A stretch of 63,075 nt of DNA from Octopus bimaculoides (GCF_001194135.2 NC_068981.1:35357849-35420923); one strand, 5' to 3'; positions 50,980 through 63,075 are shown, counted from the first letter of the stretch. Notes: generated by a model not told the origin, from the sequence alone. Made by a program: numbers and translations.

Positions 50980-52030
50980 GTAAAACAGTAGCTGTCGTAG
51001 TGGTAACAGTAGTGATGGTGGTGGTGGTAGTAGTAATAGTAGTAGTAGTGGTAGCAGCAGCAGTGGTAGTATTAGTGATACCCATCCACCCCTTTTGTGT
51101 TTGGAAAGATTTGTCAAAATCCTTATTTTGTTTGTTCACAATGTTTTCCACCATCTGCTCCTGGTAATGATGGTACATGTGCTGGTGGTAGTAGTGGTGG
51201 TGGTGGTGGCAGGGATAAGGGGTTATGGTAGGAGTATTGGTGTTAGCAGTAGTAGCAAAGGTGGTGGTTGTACTGGTGATGGTAATGGTGTTGTAATTTA
51301 ACCCCAAGTTGGCCCTGACCAAACAAACTCATGATCATAAGCATTTTGGCTGTGACCATCATGTCTTACTTTCAGTAAAAGTATATGTGACCCCATGATT
51401 GCATTATCCAATGTGCCCTTTATTTAGAAGGTATAGTTTGAATTCAGGGAGATTTGTCCTATTTCTAGCAGACTGAGGGACCGAATAGAAGATTTTTTTT
51501 TTTTGTTGGGTTGTAGTGATAGTGTTGGTGGTGGTGGTTGTAATGTGCTTGGCAGTTCTGTTGTTAGTTGTAATGGTGATAGCGATTGACAGTTTCACTT
51601 GCTAGTAGTGGTGGGGTTGGTGATGGTGGTGATTGTAAATTGGCAGTTCTGTTCTTGGCTGGGAGTGGTGGTGAAGGTGACTGGCGCTTTTGTTGTTGCT
51701 GGTGGTGGTGGTGGTGGTGGTGGTGGTGGTGGTAATTATGATGATGGTGGTTGGACATTTAATTATTGCTGGTGGTGGTGGTGGTGGTGATTGGCAGTTC
51801 TGCTTATGATGGTGGTGGTGGTGGTGGTGGTGATGGGATTGGAAGTTCTATTACTACTTGGGGGTAGCACTGATGGAGATTGACAATTCTGCTATTGTTA
51901 GTGGTTGTGGTGGTAGTAATTGGCAGTTTTGCTATTTGTTGCAGGGCGGTGGTGATGAGGATTGTTAGTTATATCATTGCTGACAATGATGTTAATAGTG
52001 ATGGTTATTGGCAATTCTGCTATTGATGGT
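50980..52030. repeat. (GGT)n/(AGT)n mosaic, with a ~40-bp-period minisatellite at 51548-52025
   Basis: Core RATTGGCAGTTCTGCTATTG recurs about 10 times between (GGT)n spacers. Confidence 0.8.
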
Positions 52031-52549
52031 GATTGTGGTTTATGGTGATGCATCCATCTTTAAGCAAGGAAGAACAAAGAACTTAACTGCTGGTTTATTG
52101 TCTGCTATTTGGTACTGGGAGCATATGCTGTTGACATCCCCTTCTTCTTCCATGGTTTTACTTTTTTTTATTTTTAATTTACTCAATCAGATTTGCCATT
52201 GGCATTTTTTTTATCAAGTCATTGTGATGTGTTGTGCTGATGTCTGTGTTGTGGCCTAGATACTTTAATCTTTTCTGACTCAGTCCATGTAGTTTATAAA
52301 TAGTTTCCATGGACCCAGAGTCGTTGTTTAACCCTGGGTCATCTCTCAAGTGGACATGTGCTTAAAGGTGCTCCTGTTGGAAACACCCAGCCTTTTTATT
52401 AGACATGCTGCAACCTGGATTAGATAATCCAGTATGTTCTTTTTAAGACTTAGGTGAAATTTGAGGGTGACTTGTTTTACTATTTCTAGCAGAGTACCCC
52501 CTCATTGACTCAGTGGCAACACAATGCTTTTAGGTGCTATAAGCAGTGA

Positions 52550-52880
52550 TGACATTGTATAATGTGCAAGAATCATCTTGTGTTTATTGTGGACGTATTG
52601 TATACTAGAATTATCGTGTGTATAATAATGGACATTGCATACTAGAATTGCTTTGTGGACATGTGTGTTACGATTGTTTTGCTAGGTGTGGTTAATAAGG
52701 ATATCTGCACCAGTATTGTCCTGAACTTGGTTTTCTTTATGGACTTGTGCAATTTGCACTAAAATTGTCCTAACTATTGCATTTATTATGAACATATGCA
52801 CTAGAATTTAGTGCATTTATTGTAGATTTGTGCTCTGTTATTGTCTAGCCTTTTGCATTTATTGTGGATATGTGCATTAA
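52550..52880. repeat. Degenerate ~35-40-bp minisatellite
   Basis: Recurrent CATTTATTGTGGACAT(G)TGCA(C)TAGAATT-like units. Confidence 0.7.
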
Positions 52881-53134
52881 ATTTTTCTGGATTCAGTGTT
52901 CAAAAGCCGTATTGTGAATTGTCAGAATGATTAGAGCTTTAGACAAAATGGTTGTAGTATTTAGTTAAGGCCTTTTATGTTCTGAGTTCAAATCAAACCA
53001 AGGTCAATTTATTTTTCATTTTAAAATTAAGTTCCAATCAAATATACCAATGATTTTGTATTTTTATTGATATGTTTTTGTATCTGTTTTGCAAGATTCC
53101 TGAATTGAAATTGTGTGTTGAAACAGATATTGTT

Positions 53135-53571
53135 ATATTTCGGGATGGTCATTTTTCCTTTTGCCAATTAACCATATGCACTATATACTCATTCTTCACT
53201 TCAGCTTTATTGTTGTTCTTATTCTAGTGTCCTTTAGCTGAAATCTTTCGTCACACATCTTGCGACCTCTTCAGTGACTCTCCATCCCAGGTATCTCCTG
53301 TTCTGTTTAGTCCATTCATCATATGTTCTGTGATCTCTTCAGTGACTCTCCATCTCATGTGTCTTCTCTTGTTCTGTTTAGCCCATAAATCCATTTCATG
53401 GACTAAACAGAACAGGAGGTGACACATGGGATAGAAAGTCACTGAAGAGGTCACATGACATGTGATGAAAGACACTGAAATAAGAACAATTATAAAGCTT
53501 AAGTGATGAACGAGTATACAGTGCATGTGTTTATTTTGCAAAAAAAAAAAATGATGACCATCCCAAAATAT
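53135..53571. mobile_element. Foldback of a pLTR-like repeat with two opposed hammerhead-like cores
   Basis: Left arm 53135-53385 (with ~70-bp internal duplication) is inverted to right arm 53399-53571; CTGAAGA-stem-GAAA at 53274-53246 (-) and 53442-53470 (+). Confidence 0.7.
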
Positions 53572-53839
53572 TTTTATTGAATTTATAATAGAAAAAGAAA
53601 AGTTTTTTTATTCAACGTTCCAGTCTATTTTAGTAGAAACTGTAGAAATAAGATGACTGTATAGATATAGTATTGAGTTATTAATTTATAGATTGTGAGT
53701 TCTGTTGTACAGCTGGTATTTCTTTGTGTATTTAGGCAGTATATTTATTTTAACATTCACATACCTGGTTTATTCACTTACCTGTCAAGAAAAGTTACAA
53801 GATTCACACACACACACTTGCATGCACACGTGGGTGCAC

Positions 53840-54290
53840 GGCGGTCTTCTTTCAGTTTCCATCTACCAAATCCACTCATAAAGCCTTGGTCAGCCCGAGG
53901 CTATAGTAGAAGCACACTTGCCCAAGTTGCCACACAGTAGGACTGAACCTGGAACCATGTGGTTGGTAAGCAAGCTACTCAACATGCAGCCACTCCTTTC
54001 TTAAAACAAGTGGTGTTCATTTATCAAGCAAACTTAAGACATCTTACTGCTGTATTGAGTTGATCAAATTGTGTGACTACACAGGAATGTATCTGGAAGG
54101 GAACCCATCATTTATATTATTCTTTTTTACTGGCCATGCTGGGGCACCACCTTTAAAAGGTTTAGTTGATTATGGTGACCTCAGTATTTATTTCTGTTTA
54201 GTTATTTTATTATTCCTGTTTTGTAAAATGGTTAAGCTTGACCTTTTTAGCATAAAAGGTATAACTTACCACAGTAATTTATAGCAGTAT
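53840..54290 (-). mobile_element. SINE family B fragments (two)
   Basis: Head half at 53840-54000, tail half at 54120-54290. Confidence 0.7.
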
Positions 54291-54659
54291 ACACAAACAC
54301 AGACACTCACATATAAATAAGTCTACTCTTATATATACATATACATATGAATGAATGAATGAAATTTGTTTGATGTGAGTTGTGTAGAAAGAAGGCCATT
54401 GTATGCAAATATAAATATATGATGGCACACTGTTTCCACCAACCAAATTTTTACTCACAAGTTGGTCAGCCTCACACTACAGCAGAACACACTTTCCCAA
54501 ACTGTTGCCTGCGGAATTGAATCTGGAATTTATAAGACCATGAAATAAGCTTCATAAATTATACAACCATACCTGCACCTATTTTCAGTTAAATTATATA
54601 TGTTCAGAAGAACTTCTCTTGAGGGCATATAGTTCATATTACTTAACTTAAGGCTTTCA

Positions 54660-54905
54660 TTTCCTATGGAGCACAGGCCATTGACAATTTTTCTCCATTG
54701 TTCTTGATACTGGGATGTCTTTGCCCAGGTCTTGTGAGATATGAACTGTCTGTCATTGATGCTTCATTTTTCAAGATAGAAGTGTTGGCCCTGTGCAAGC
54801 CCATTTTTACTTCTGGGAAGAGGTGGTCCATACCAGGAGCTCGCGTTCTGCTGGTACAACGCTCAAGGTCATTGAGACGCATGAGCCACCATACCGCAAC
54901 AAGAA
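54660..54905 (-). mobile_element. Second bipartite RTE-derived element
   Basis: Same order as 43571-44020: CTTGTTGCGG..GGTGGCTC..CTCAATGACC.. then ..TWAKTSQYQEQWRKIVNGLCSIG. Confidence 0.5.
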
Positions 54906-55507
54906 CTAGACATTGTGATGGCTAGTTCCTATTAGTGGAAGATTACAACATTACATTTGAATTGTGATTCGTTGTGAGAACGAGATAATAGTGTGGTCCA
55001 TGTGTATTATTGGATAGTGAAAGAACAAGGAAGTTATGGATAAGAAATAGTGATGTGATTGTCATCAGAAAACATTGAAAACTTGCAAGATGGTGTGAAT
55101 ATGTGGGATATGTATTTCACTCAACTGAAGCTTGACATCTATGTACACACTTTCTCTTTCTCATGCACATATATAATACATATGCATTTTGTGTATTAGA
55201 CATAATGATGATATTGTGTGCTTGTATGAATCAGATACATAAGCATTATGTTTGTGCTACATAATGCACACACATACATCTATTACACATACATATACTT
55301 GAACAAAATTATGTGTGTGTGTGTGAGTGTGTATAATATAGTATATTTAGGCCAATCCAGTGATTTGTTACTCTGGAATTTCCATTGCATGCAGCTCCTT
55401 CTATAGACAAGCGAGGCTAGGTCAGTATGACATGTCCTAAATAGACTACTGCACTCTACATTTATATTGAGTACTTCTGGATCATTATTCAACAATGTGT
55501 ATGTGTT

Positions 55508-55542
<35 letters not shown>

Positions 55543-55574
55543 ATAGTGTTAGGTGGCATGAGCACTTACACACA

Positions 55575-55945
55575 TGGTAATAACTTCCACCTACCAAATT
55601 CAATTACAAGGCTTTGGTTGGCCCGAGGCTATAACAGGGGACACTTGCCCAAGGTGCCATGCAGTAAAACTGAACCCGAAGCCATGTGGCTAGAAAGCAA
55701 GCATCCTAACCACACAGCCATACCTACACCTACTAATGGCTGACTGGCAAGTAAAAAGTACTCACTACACTCTTGGGGTGGTTGGCATTAGGAAGAACAT
55801 CCAGCTGTAGAAATCTTGCCATATCAGATTGGAGCCTGGTGCAGCCTCCTGGCTTACCAGTTCTTAGTCAAACCACCCAACACATACCAGCATGGAAAGT
55901 GGACTTTAAACAACGACAACGATGATGATGATGATGATGATGGTG
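55575..55945. mobile_element. SINE family B head (-) adjoining an RTE 3' UTR fragment (+)
   Basis: Core motifs of both families. Confidence 0.7.
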
Positions 55946-56626
55946 AGTGTGTAGCAAAACACACAGATATACTTGGAAAGACATTGTGCTGAGTCAATCA
56001 AACCTTTTCTTTTTTTCGCTCAATACTTCAATATCATATTGTTTGCCAGAGTATGAACATGATAAATCACCTTGGACAACAATAACTTCAATACTATGGA
56101 AAATGAAATAAATATTGCTAGTATGTGATCAATTTAGTTGATAATTTCTTAAGAGCAAAAGCAAAACAACCTACAATATAAAAAAAAATAATAAATACCC
56201 TACAACGAACAAAAATAAATATCTCAGAAAACAGAAGATAATAATTATTGAAGAAAATCCAGTAGACTTGTAAAAACACTAGTTTGTTGTACATGTTCTG
56301 TCATGTTTGTAGCATTTTGTTCAATAAAGTCTTTCAATAAGTCTGAAGAAGGTTGATTCTATTGAAAGATTAAAGACCTTTTTGTATTGAATCTTATTTA
56401 TCTAACTTTTTTTTTTATTCATGATTTATGTATTTTTAAAATTAATTTATATATTTATTTTTCTGTTATTTATTTAAAGTTTTTTTTTTATATAATTTTT
56501 ATTATTTAATATTTATTTATTGTATGAAAGTGGTTGATGAGTAGAGATAAGTTTGTCAGTTTATTTGATAATTTTATAAAGATTGCCTAATATGGTTATA
56601 AACATTCATAAATAAGTTTGCTGTCC

Positions 56627-56628
<2 letters not shown>

Positions 56629-56676
<48 letters not shown>

Positions 56677-56847
56677 ATATATGTGTGTGAGTGAGTGTGT
56701 GTATGTATGTATATATATGTGTGAGTGAGTGTGTGTATGTATATTTATATATATGTGTGTGCATGTGTATATATGTATGTACACTTGTGCACTTATATAT
56801 TTATATATGTGTATTTATGTGTGTGTGTGTATATGTATATATATATG

Positions 56848-56923
<76 letters not shown>

Positions 56924-57030
56924 CACACTATATATGTGTATGTGTGCATACATATATATATAGTGTATATACATATATATATATATATATATATACACAC
57001 ACTATATATGTGTATATGTACATACATATA
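56629..57030. repeat. Compound (GT)n/(AT)n microsatellite
   Basis: Seen directly; explains the overlapping ORF-track entries. Confidence 0.95.
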
Positions 57031-57779
57031 TAATCTTCATTATTTTTGCTGAATAACTGACAACTTTTTTCATTTCCCCTCTCTTCCCTTGCCCCCAATC
57101 CTCACTCTTTGATAGATCATGTCCGGTTCGCCTGTTCTATCTCTATTGATCTTATTAGTAATGTTGATTTCCAATTAGCTACGTATTCTTTTTGTCCTTT
57201 ACTGTCCATCACGATACAGCTTTGCTATTAGCGACAAAATATTGATGTAATCTCTCACTGTTATTGTTTTTGTTGTTGTTGTTACTACACATTTCTTGTT
57301 GTTATTAAGCCCCAGGTCAGCTCTGATGGAGCAGGCCTGTAATCAAATGCGTTCCACTCATTATCATTAAGTATGTTTAGAGGTATCAAGGACTACATTA
57401 TCTATTATTGCATCCCATCCTTTTTTTTTTTTTAATTGTGTGGCCTGGTTTGAGGGAGATTTAGTTGCTTATAACAGGTTGAGGAACTACATAAAGGCTT
57501 CTTTGTTGACTTGGTTGCTGTTATTCTCAAAGAAGTGAATGACAAATGGTAAAATATCAGTTTTGAATAAAATCGCTTTGTTGAATTTAGTTACTTCCAT
57601 TTTCTTTCTGAATTCAAATCTGACTTAGAGTGACTTTGCTTTCCAACCATCCAATGTTGATGAAATAACTATAATTACACCATTTCTAGAAATTTGTAAC
57701 TTTTGCACTAGTGTTACTTGGACTTCTATTTGCATTTTGGGATCTGCTCATTACAACAGAATTGAGATCCTAAAACCAA

Positions 57780-57985
57780 GGTGCCATCTAAAAAGCATTG
57801 GTATAGGTGCTGGTGCCATATAAAAAACATGCAGTACACTCTAAAGTCATTGGTGTCAGGAAGGGCATCCATTTATAGAAACCAAACCAAAATAGACTAT
57901 GGCACATGGCGTGGCACCCCAGACCATGCCACTTCCTGTCATGTCACTCAACCCATTTCAGCATGGAAAATAGATGTTAAAAGAT
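57780..57985 (+). mobile_element. Decayed RTE 3' UTR fragment
   Basis: GGTGCCATATAAAAA..CAGGAAGGGCATCCA..GCATGGAAAATAGATGTTAAA. Confidence 0.65.
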
Positions 57986-59314
57986 CACACACACACTTGT
58001 ACATACATATATATATACATGCACAGGCATGCAAACACACACATATGTAGAGAACAAACTTATTCATTTATGAATGTTTATAACCATATTAGGCAATATT
58101 TTATAAGATTATCAAATGTAGATTTAATCAGGTGTTCCCTCTCTCAACATTTGTGGAATGGCAAAATAGGTTGATAAAATAAAGTAAGTAGCAGTCATGT
58201 AATGGGGCTTATGTTTAAAATAACTATCATCAGCAGGGTGTTAGAAACAAAAAGGCCCTTCAGGTATTGACATTTGTCTTTCATTCTGTAAAAATATACC
58301 AGTAATGATATAAAATTATGCCAGTAATAAACAGTGCTGGCCTGGTTGTATGATTGAGAAGCTTGCTTCTAAACCACGTGGTCTTGGATTCAGTCCCACT
58401 CGTGGCACCATGAGCAATTGTCTTTTACTTTAGCCTGGGCTGACCAATACCATGTGAGTGAAGTTGAAATGGAAAGAAGCCTGTTGTATATATATGTTTG
58501 TGTGTGTGTGTGTATGCTTGTCAGTATCTTTGTCTCAACATTAGGTAGTAGGTGTAAATGAGCATCACCATCATGCAACTGATGTTCATTTCCCATCTTC
58601 CATGAAAATTCATCCGGCCATGGGGAAATATTACCTTGCTTGGAAACAGGTGAGGTATTCAGCCACAGACAATCTGTCTGAATAATTTCTGTCTGACCTA
58701 TGCAAGCATGGAAAAAGACATTGAACAATAAATGATGATAATGGGATTAATTCAATTATCTATAATTGCACCACTTCTAGAAATTTGTGACTTTTTGCAA
58801 TCTGGAATAAGACGAGTCAGCTCTAACCATTGAATTCAAATATCACTAACAGAAGTCAACTATGGCTATAAATCCACTCTTGTGCCAGTTTAAAAAGAAT
58901 CATAATTGTTCTGGAACTTTTGATAATAAAGTTGTTGAAAATTGTACAACTAGCTAATTTCTTTTTCCTACCAATTCATGACATGCCTGTTTCTAATTTT
59001 AATTAATTAGGATTTTGGTGTTGTCAACTCATTTTGATTATTTGAAATATAGAATTGTCACTATTGTCTGTCTTGGTTAGATTTAACCTGTTGGTCATCA
59101 CATTTCTAATAAAATACACTGCTTATATTCTAATTAATTTTGAAAATAATGAAAAATTTGGAGGAATTTCATAAAATTCCGAACTTTTTCATTATTAAGT
59201 TGGGGAAGGTGGAAAGGTGGCAGAATTGTCAGTGTGTAAGGAAAAATGCTTGGCAGCATTTCTTTACATTCTGAGTTCAAATTCCACCAAGGATGACTTT
59301 TCATCCTTTTAGGG

Positions 59315-59504
59315 TTACTCTTTTACTCTTTTACTTGTTTCAGTCATTTGACTGTGGTCATGCTGGAGCACCGCCTTTAGTCAAGCAAATTGACCCCAGG
59401 ACTTATTCTTTGTAAGCCTAGTACTTATTCTATCGGTTCCTTTTGCCGAACCACTAAGTTATGGGGATGTAAACACACCAGCATTGGTTGTCAAGCGATG
59501 TTGA

Positions 59505-59579
<75 letters not shown>

Positions 59580-59730
59580 CGACGGACTTCCTTCAATTTC
59601 CGTCTACCAAATCTACTCACAAGGTTTTGGTCGACCCGAGGCTATAGTAGAAGACACTTGCCCAAGGTGCCACACAGTGGGACTGAACACAGAACCATGT
59701 AGTTGGTAAGCAAGCTACTTACCACACTGA
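59315..59730 (-). mobile_element. SINE family B full-length with long internal (CA)n
   Basis: Near-consensus. Confidence 0.9.
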
Positions 59731-60699
59731 AATAAATACCAGTTGAGCCCTGGGGTTTATGTAATCATCTAACCTTGTTCCTTTAAATTTCAAGCATTGT
59801 GTGTATAGTGAAAAAGAATGATTAAATTGGGGTTTGGAAAATAAAAATGTTCTTACATAGAATTATGATGGAAGGTTTTTATGAATCAAGTTTTCTGTTA
59901 CAGAACCAGAGGTAGTCTGAAATATGTTGGTGTCATGATTTAAACATTGTTCCTCTCAATGAAGGGAGATTAATTAAAGTTTTCTTGTTCTCTATACTAT
60001 GTGTTAGCATTTGCTTTACTGATAGATTAACTACTTAACTGAGGTTCAAATTTCTCTAAAGCTAGCTTTGCCTTTCTTTAGAGTTGATTCAGAGCTGGAT
60101 TAAGACTCAGAAAGGCCCTAAGCACTTGAAAGATTTTGGTGCTTCCATATATATGTAATTCAAAATATAAACAATAATAAGCCATAAAATAAATTTCATT
60201 TTTCAAACTAAACAAAACTGACAGTAAAATGGAAAATAAAATTTTTTTTTGTATACTTCCATTTTAATTATATTTGAAAAGTTTTCTACTTTTTCAATTG
60301 CAAAGTCTTTGATCAGATCCTCACTATGACACCATGAACTTTTCAAAATTATATTTCCGATCTTATAAACCACTTTGAATATTATTTTAGCAAGTTTAAA
60401 GTGATTTCTTTTGTGCCGTAAACCATTTACTATTACTGTGGTGCCTCCCTTTCCTTGATGCCCTAAACATATTTATTTTGTGTAATGGTTAATCCAGCAG
60501 TGGGTTGTTTAATTACCAATGATACATGATATGATTCACTTAGTTTTATGCTTAGGCAAAAGAAATTCATGTTTTCATGTAGGCAAAAGAAATCACCATT
60601 GTTGTTGTTTAACGCTGGGTCGAGCAAACCCATGATTAAAAACATTTCAACCATGACCATGATCATACGTTCATTTTCCTTTTTTTTGGTAGTATTAGT

Positions 60700-60731
<32 letters not shown>

Positions 60732-61562
60732 TGGTGGTGGTGGTGGTGGTAGCTAATACTACATTATGCAATGTGTTCTTGCTTTTTTTTTCTTTTGAAA
60801 ACAGTGGAATGTGATTTGAGGGAAATTTGGTTGTTATTTCTAATAGGTTTGAATAACCATGTAGATGTTCATTTGCAATCTTCCATGTCAGCATGCTATA
60901 CTGTTCATCTTCGAAGGACTAAAGGAAAATATTACATTCATTGCAGTGAGGGATAGCAAGAAGAGCTTCCAGTTGTAGAAAATCTGCCTCAACAAATTAC
61001 ATCTGTCCCATGCTAGCATGGAAAAGTAGATGTTAAAATGATGATAATGGTGATAAACATGACATATTACTTTGCAATCACATCATTCCAAGTTTAGTTC
61101 TGCTGTGCAGTTCCTTGGGTAAGTGTCTTCTACTATAGACTCAGTTTGATCAAAATCTTATGAATAGAATTTGGGCAATAAAATTTGTGCAGATTGTATG
61201 TTTATATACATATGTTTATGTCTCTGTTTATGTAAAAACTGATGCCATATAAAATATAAAATGTAACCAGTATTCTGTCAAGAAGTATACTTTTGCAATT
61301 TGATCAGATTGACAATCCCCACCCCCAATAAAAAACTGAGGTTTATGTGATTGACTAAGCACTTAAAGTAGTGTCCCAGATGGGTCACACTCCAGTGATT
61401 GGAATTGATAAAAGAATATGAGAATAATAAAATCATAATTTGTACTGTGAACTGAAATGATGATTTGCATATTTATATTTAATATATTCTGGTAGATTTT
61501 AATGCAAGTATGCTAATTGATGTTGTGTACGTCACAAGAGTGTATAGCTTCTTTTTATGACA

Positions 61563-62010
61563 ACATGCTCATAACACACTTCATTCATTGGTGCAATGAA
61601 TTCTGGGACACTGATGTTTTGATGTGTTGTGTCTCGTCAGCCAGAAGTACCTGGATCTTTGAATCTAAACAAGAACTAATGGCTTTGTTTATAATTCCAG
61701 TGAACATCTACCAACCAGTATTGAATTGTGATTTGCACTGTGAACAGTGAAATCTGAAACAATGAATTGCATATTAATTCTTAACATGTTTTGGCAAATT
61801 CGAACACAAATAAGCTAACTGCTGTTGTGTTTGTCGCAGGAGAACAGCTTTTCCTTTTTTTTTGATGACAGTGTTTTCATAACACGCTTGACTCATTGGT
61901 ACAGGGGATTCTGGGATAATGATGTTTTGACATGTATCTCATCAACCAGTAATACTCAGATTTTTGAGTTTTGACTGATGGCTCTGTTTATAATTTCAGC
62001 AAACTATCTG
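61563..62010. repeat. Old tandem duplication (~150-bp units ~310 bp apart)
   Basis: 61563-61710 aligns to 61872-62010 at roughly 70% by eye. Confidence 0.75.
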
Positions 62011-62857
62011 TTTACTTGTTTTACATCTGTTTTATCATCCTACTATGGATTGGACAAATAAGTATTGGGGCATTGTTTTACTATCAGATGTTCTCTCTGA
62101 TGTTCACCCATAACTCTTTTTCAAGTAAGGGATTTTTTTTTCTCATTTCACATCTTTGAAAGCACAGAGCTAGCAGATGATTTATCGGCAAGGAAAGGCA
62201 ATAAATTTTAGTGTTTGTAACATACTGCTTTTTCATGTAAAGTGCTGAATGTAAAATATTCATGCACACACATACACAAACACACAGTTTTATCTGTCAA
62301 ATTCATTACAGTAGAAGATATAGTTCTTGGGTACTAAACAGTAGGACTGAACCAGAAAAAATATAGTTGAGAGATGAACATCTTAACTACACAATCTTGT
62401 CTGTGCCTCAGTATCTTGGCATATTTTCTTTTTCTTTCACTGTTGACATTGATATAGTAAAAACCTAAACTAGTTATTTACATTTGAATATATGTGTGTG
62501 TGCGCGTGTGTGTGTGCATGTGTGAAAAACAGATTTGGTTTCATATATTTACATTAAGTTTCATTAAAATATAATTAGTTGTTTGTTATAAAAGAACATA
62601 AATAGTTTAATTATGTTAACATGTAAGTATTTGACAGTATTATGTCTCATTCACATACATACACACACATATAAAGCACATGCACACACACACACACATA
62701 TAAGCACATGCACATATACACATACAGTTCATGCACACATGCATATATATAGATGCATATGTGGGTGCATGTATATATATGTATAAGCACATATGCATAT
62801 ATATGTATATATAGGCACATGTATGCATATGTATGTATACGTGCCTATATATATATA

Positions 62858-63075
62858 TATCATCATCATCATCATCATCATCGTTTAACGTCCGCTTTCC
62901 ATGCTAGCATGTGTTGGACGATTTGACTGAGGACTGGTGAAACCGGATGGCAACACCAGGCTCCAGTCTGATTTGGCAGAGTTTCTACAGCTGGATGCCC
63001 TTCCTAACGCCAACCACTCAGAGAGTGTAGTGGGTGCTTTTACGTGTCACCCGCACGAAAACGGCCACGCTCGAA
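62858..63075 (-). mobile_element. Young RTE 3' UTR fragment truncated by the window end
   Basis: (CAT)n then CGTTTAACGTCCGCTTTCCATGC..CTGGATGCCCTTCCTAACGCC; CpGs intact. Confidence 0.85.

Noticed and set aside
51548-52025. CRISPR-like repeat-spacer appearance
   Set aside because: Spacers are simple (GGT)n, repeats are degenerate, the context is eukaryotic and there are no cas genes
56330-56380. CTGAAGA...GAAA with a 10-bp hairpin
   Set aside because: The pairing encloses the core rather than forming stems I-III
23166-57052. Y/I/V/C/H/T-rich ORFs over (TA)n, (CA)n, (GT)n and (GGT)n tracts
   Set aside because: Microsatellite translations with no stops by composition
12200-59310. Strand bias of SINE family A (about 16 minus vs 8 plus)
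   Set aside because: Inflated by tandem arrays; too few independent insertions to be meaningful

Overview
AT-rich, repeat-dense eukaryotic scaffold with six N-gaps. The microsatellite load and the SINE/RTE/Penelope repeat families suggest an octopus (coleoid cephalopod) draft genome; this is my inference and was not database-checked. No host protein-coding gene can be confidently identified. Nearly all listed ORFs are N-gap, microsatellite or repeat artefacts. The recognisable coding remnants are all transposon-derived: a Penelope-like RT, RTE and CR1/L2-like LINE fragments, and an internally deleted mariner. There is one promoter-like CpG-rich region near 17.9 kb and a few weak exon candidates. 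The main hunt result is RNA-level: at least five loci with unrelated flanks fold into minimal type-I hammerhead ribozymes. They are (i) a 264-bp tRNA-headed SINE with a hammerhead, flanked by a 9-bp TSD (43305-43568); (ii) a hammerhead with a compensatory G3:C8 core swap (27528-27578); (iii) an otherwise perfect hammerhead with a single G8A change (6991-7073); (iv) a decayed copy at 25580-25624; and (v) a foldback with two opposed hammerhead-like cores (53135-53571). Other observations: a mosaic CpG-decay landscape, TTAGGG-bearing inverted-repeat elements, bipartite RTE-derived elements, head-to-tail SINE arrays and several cryptic duplications. Repeat boundaries are read by eye and are approximate unless a TSD or TIR is quoted.
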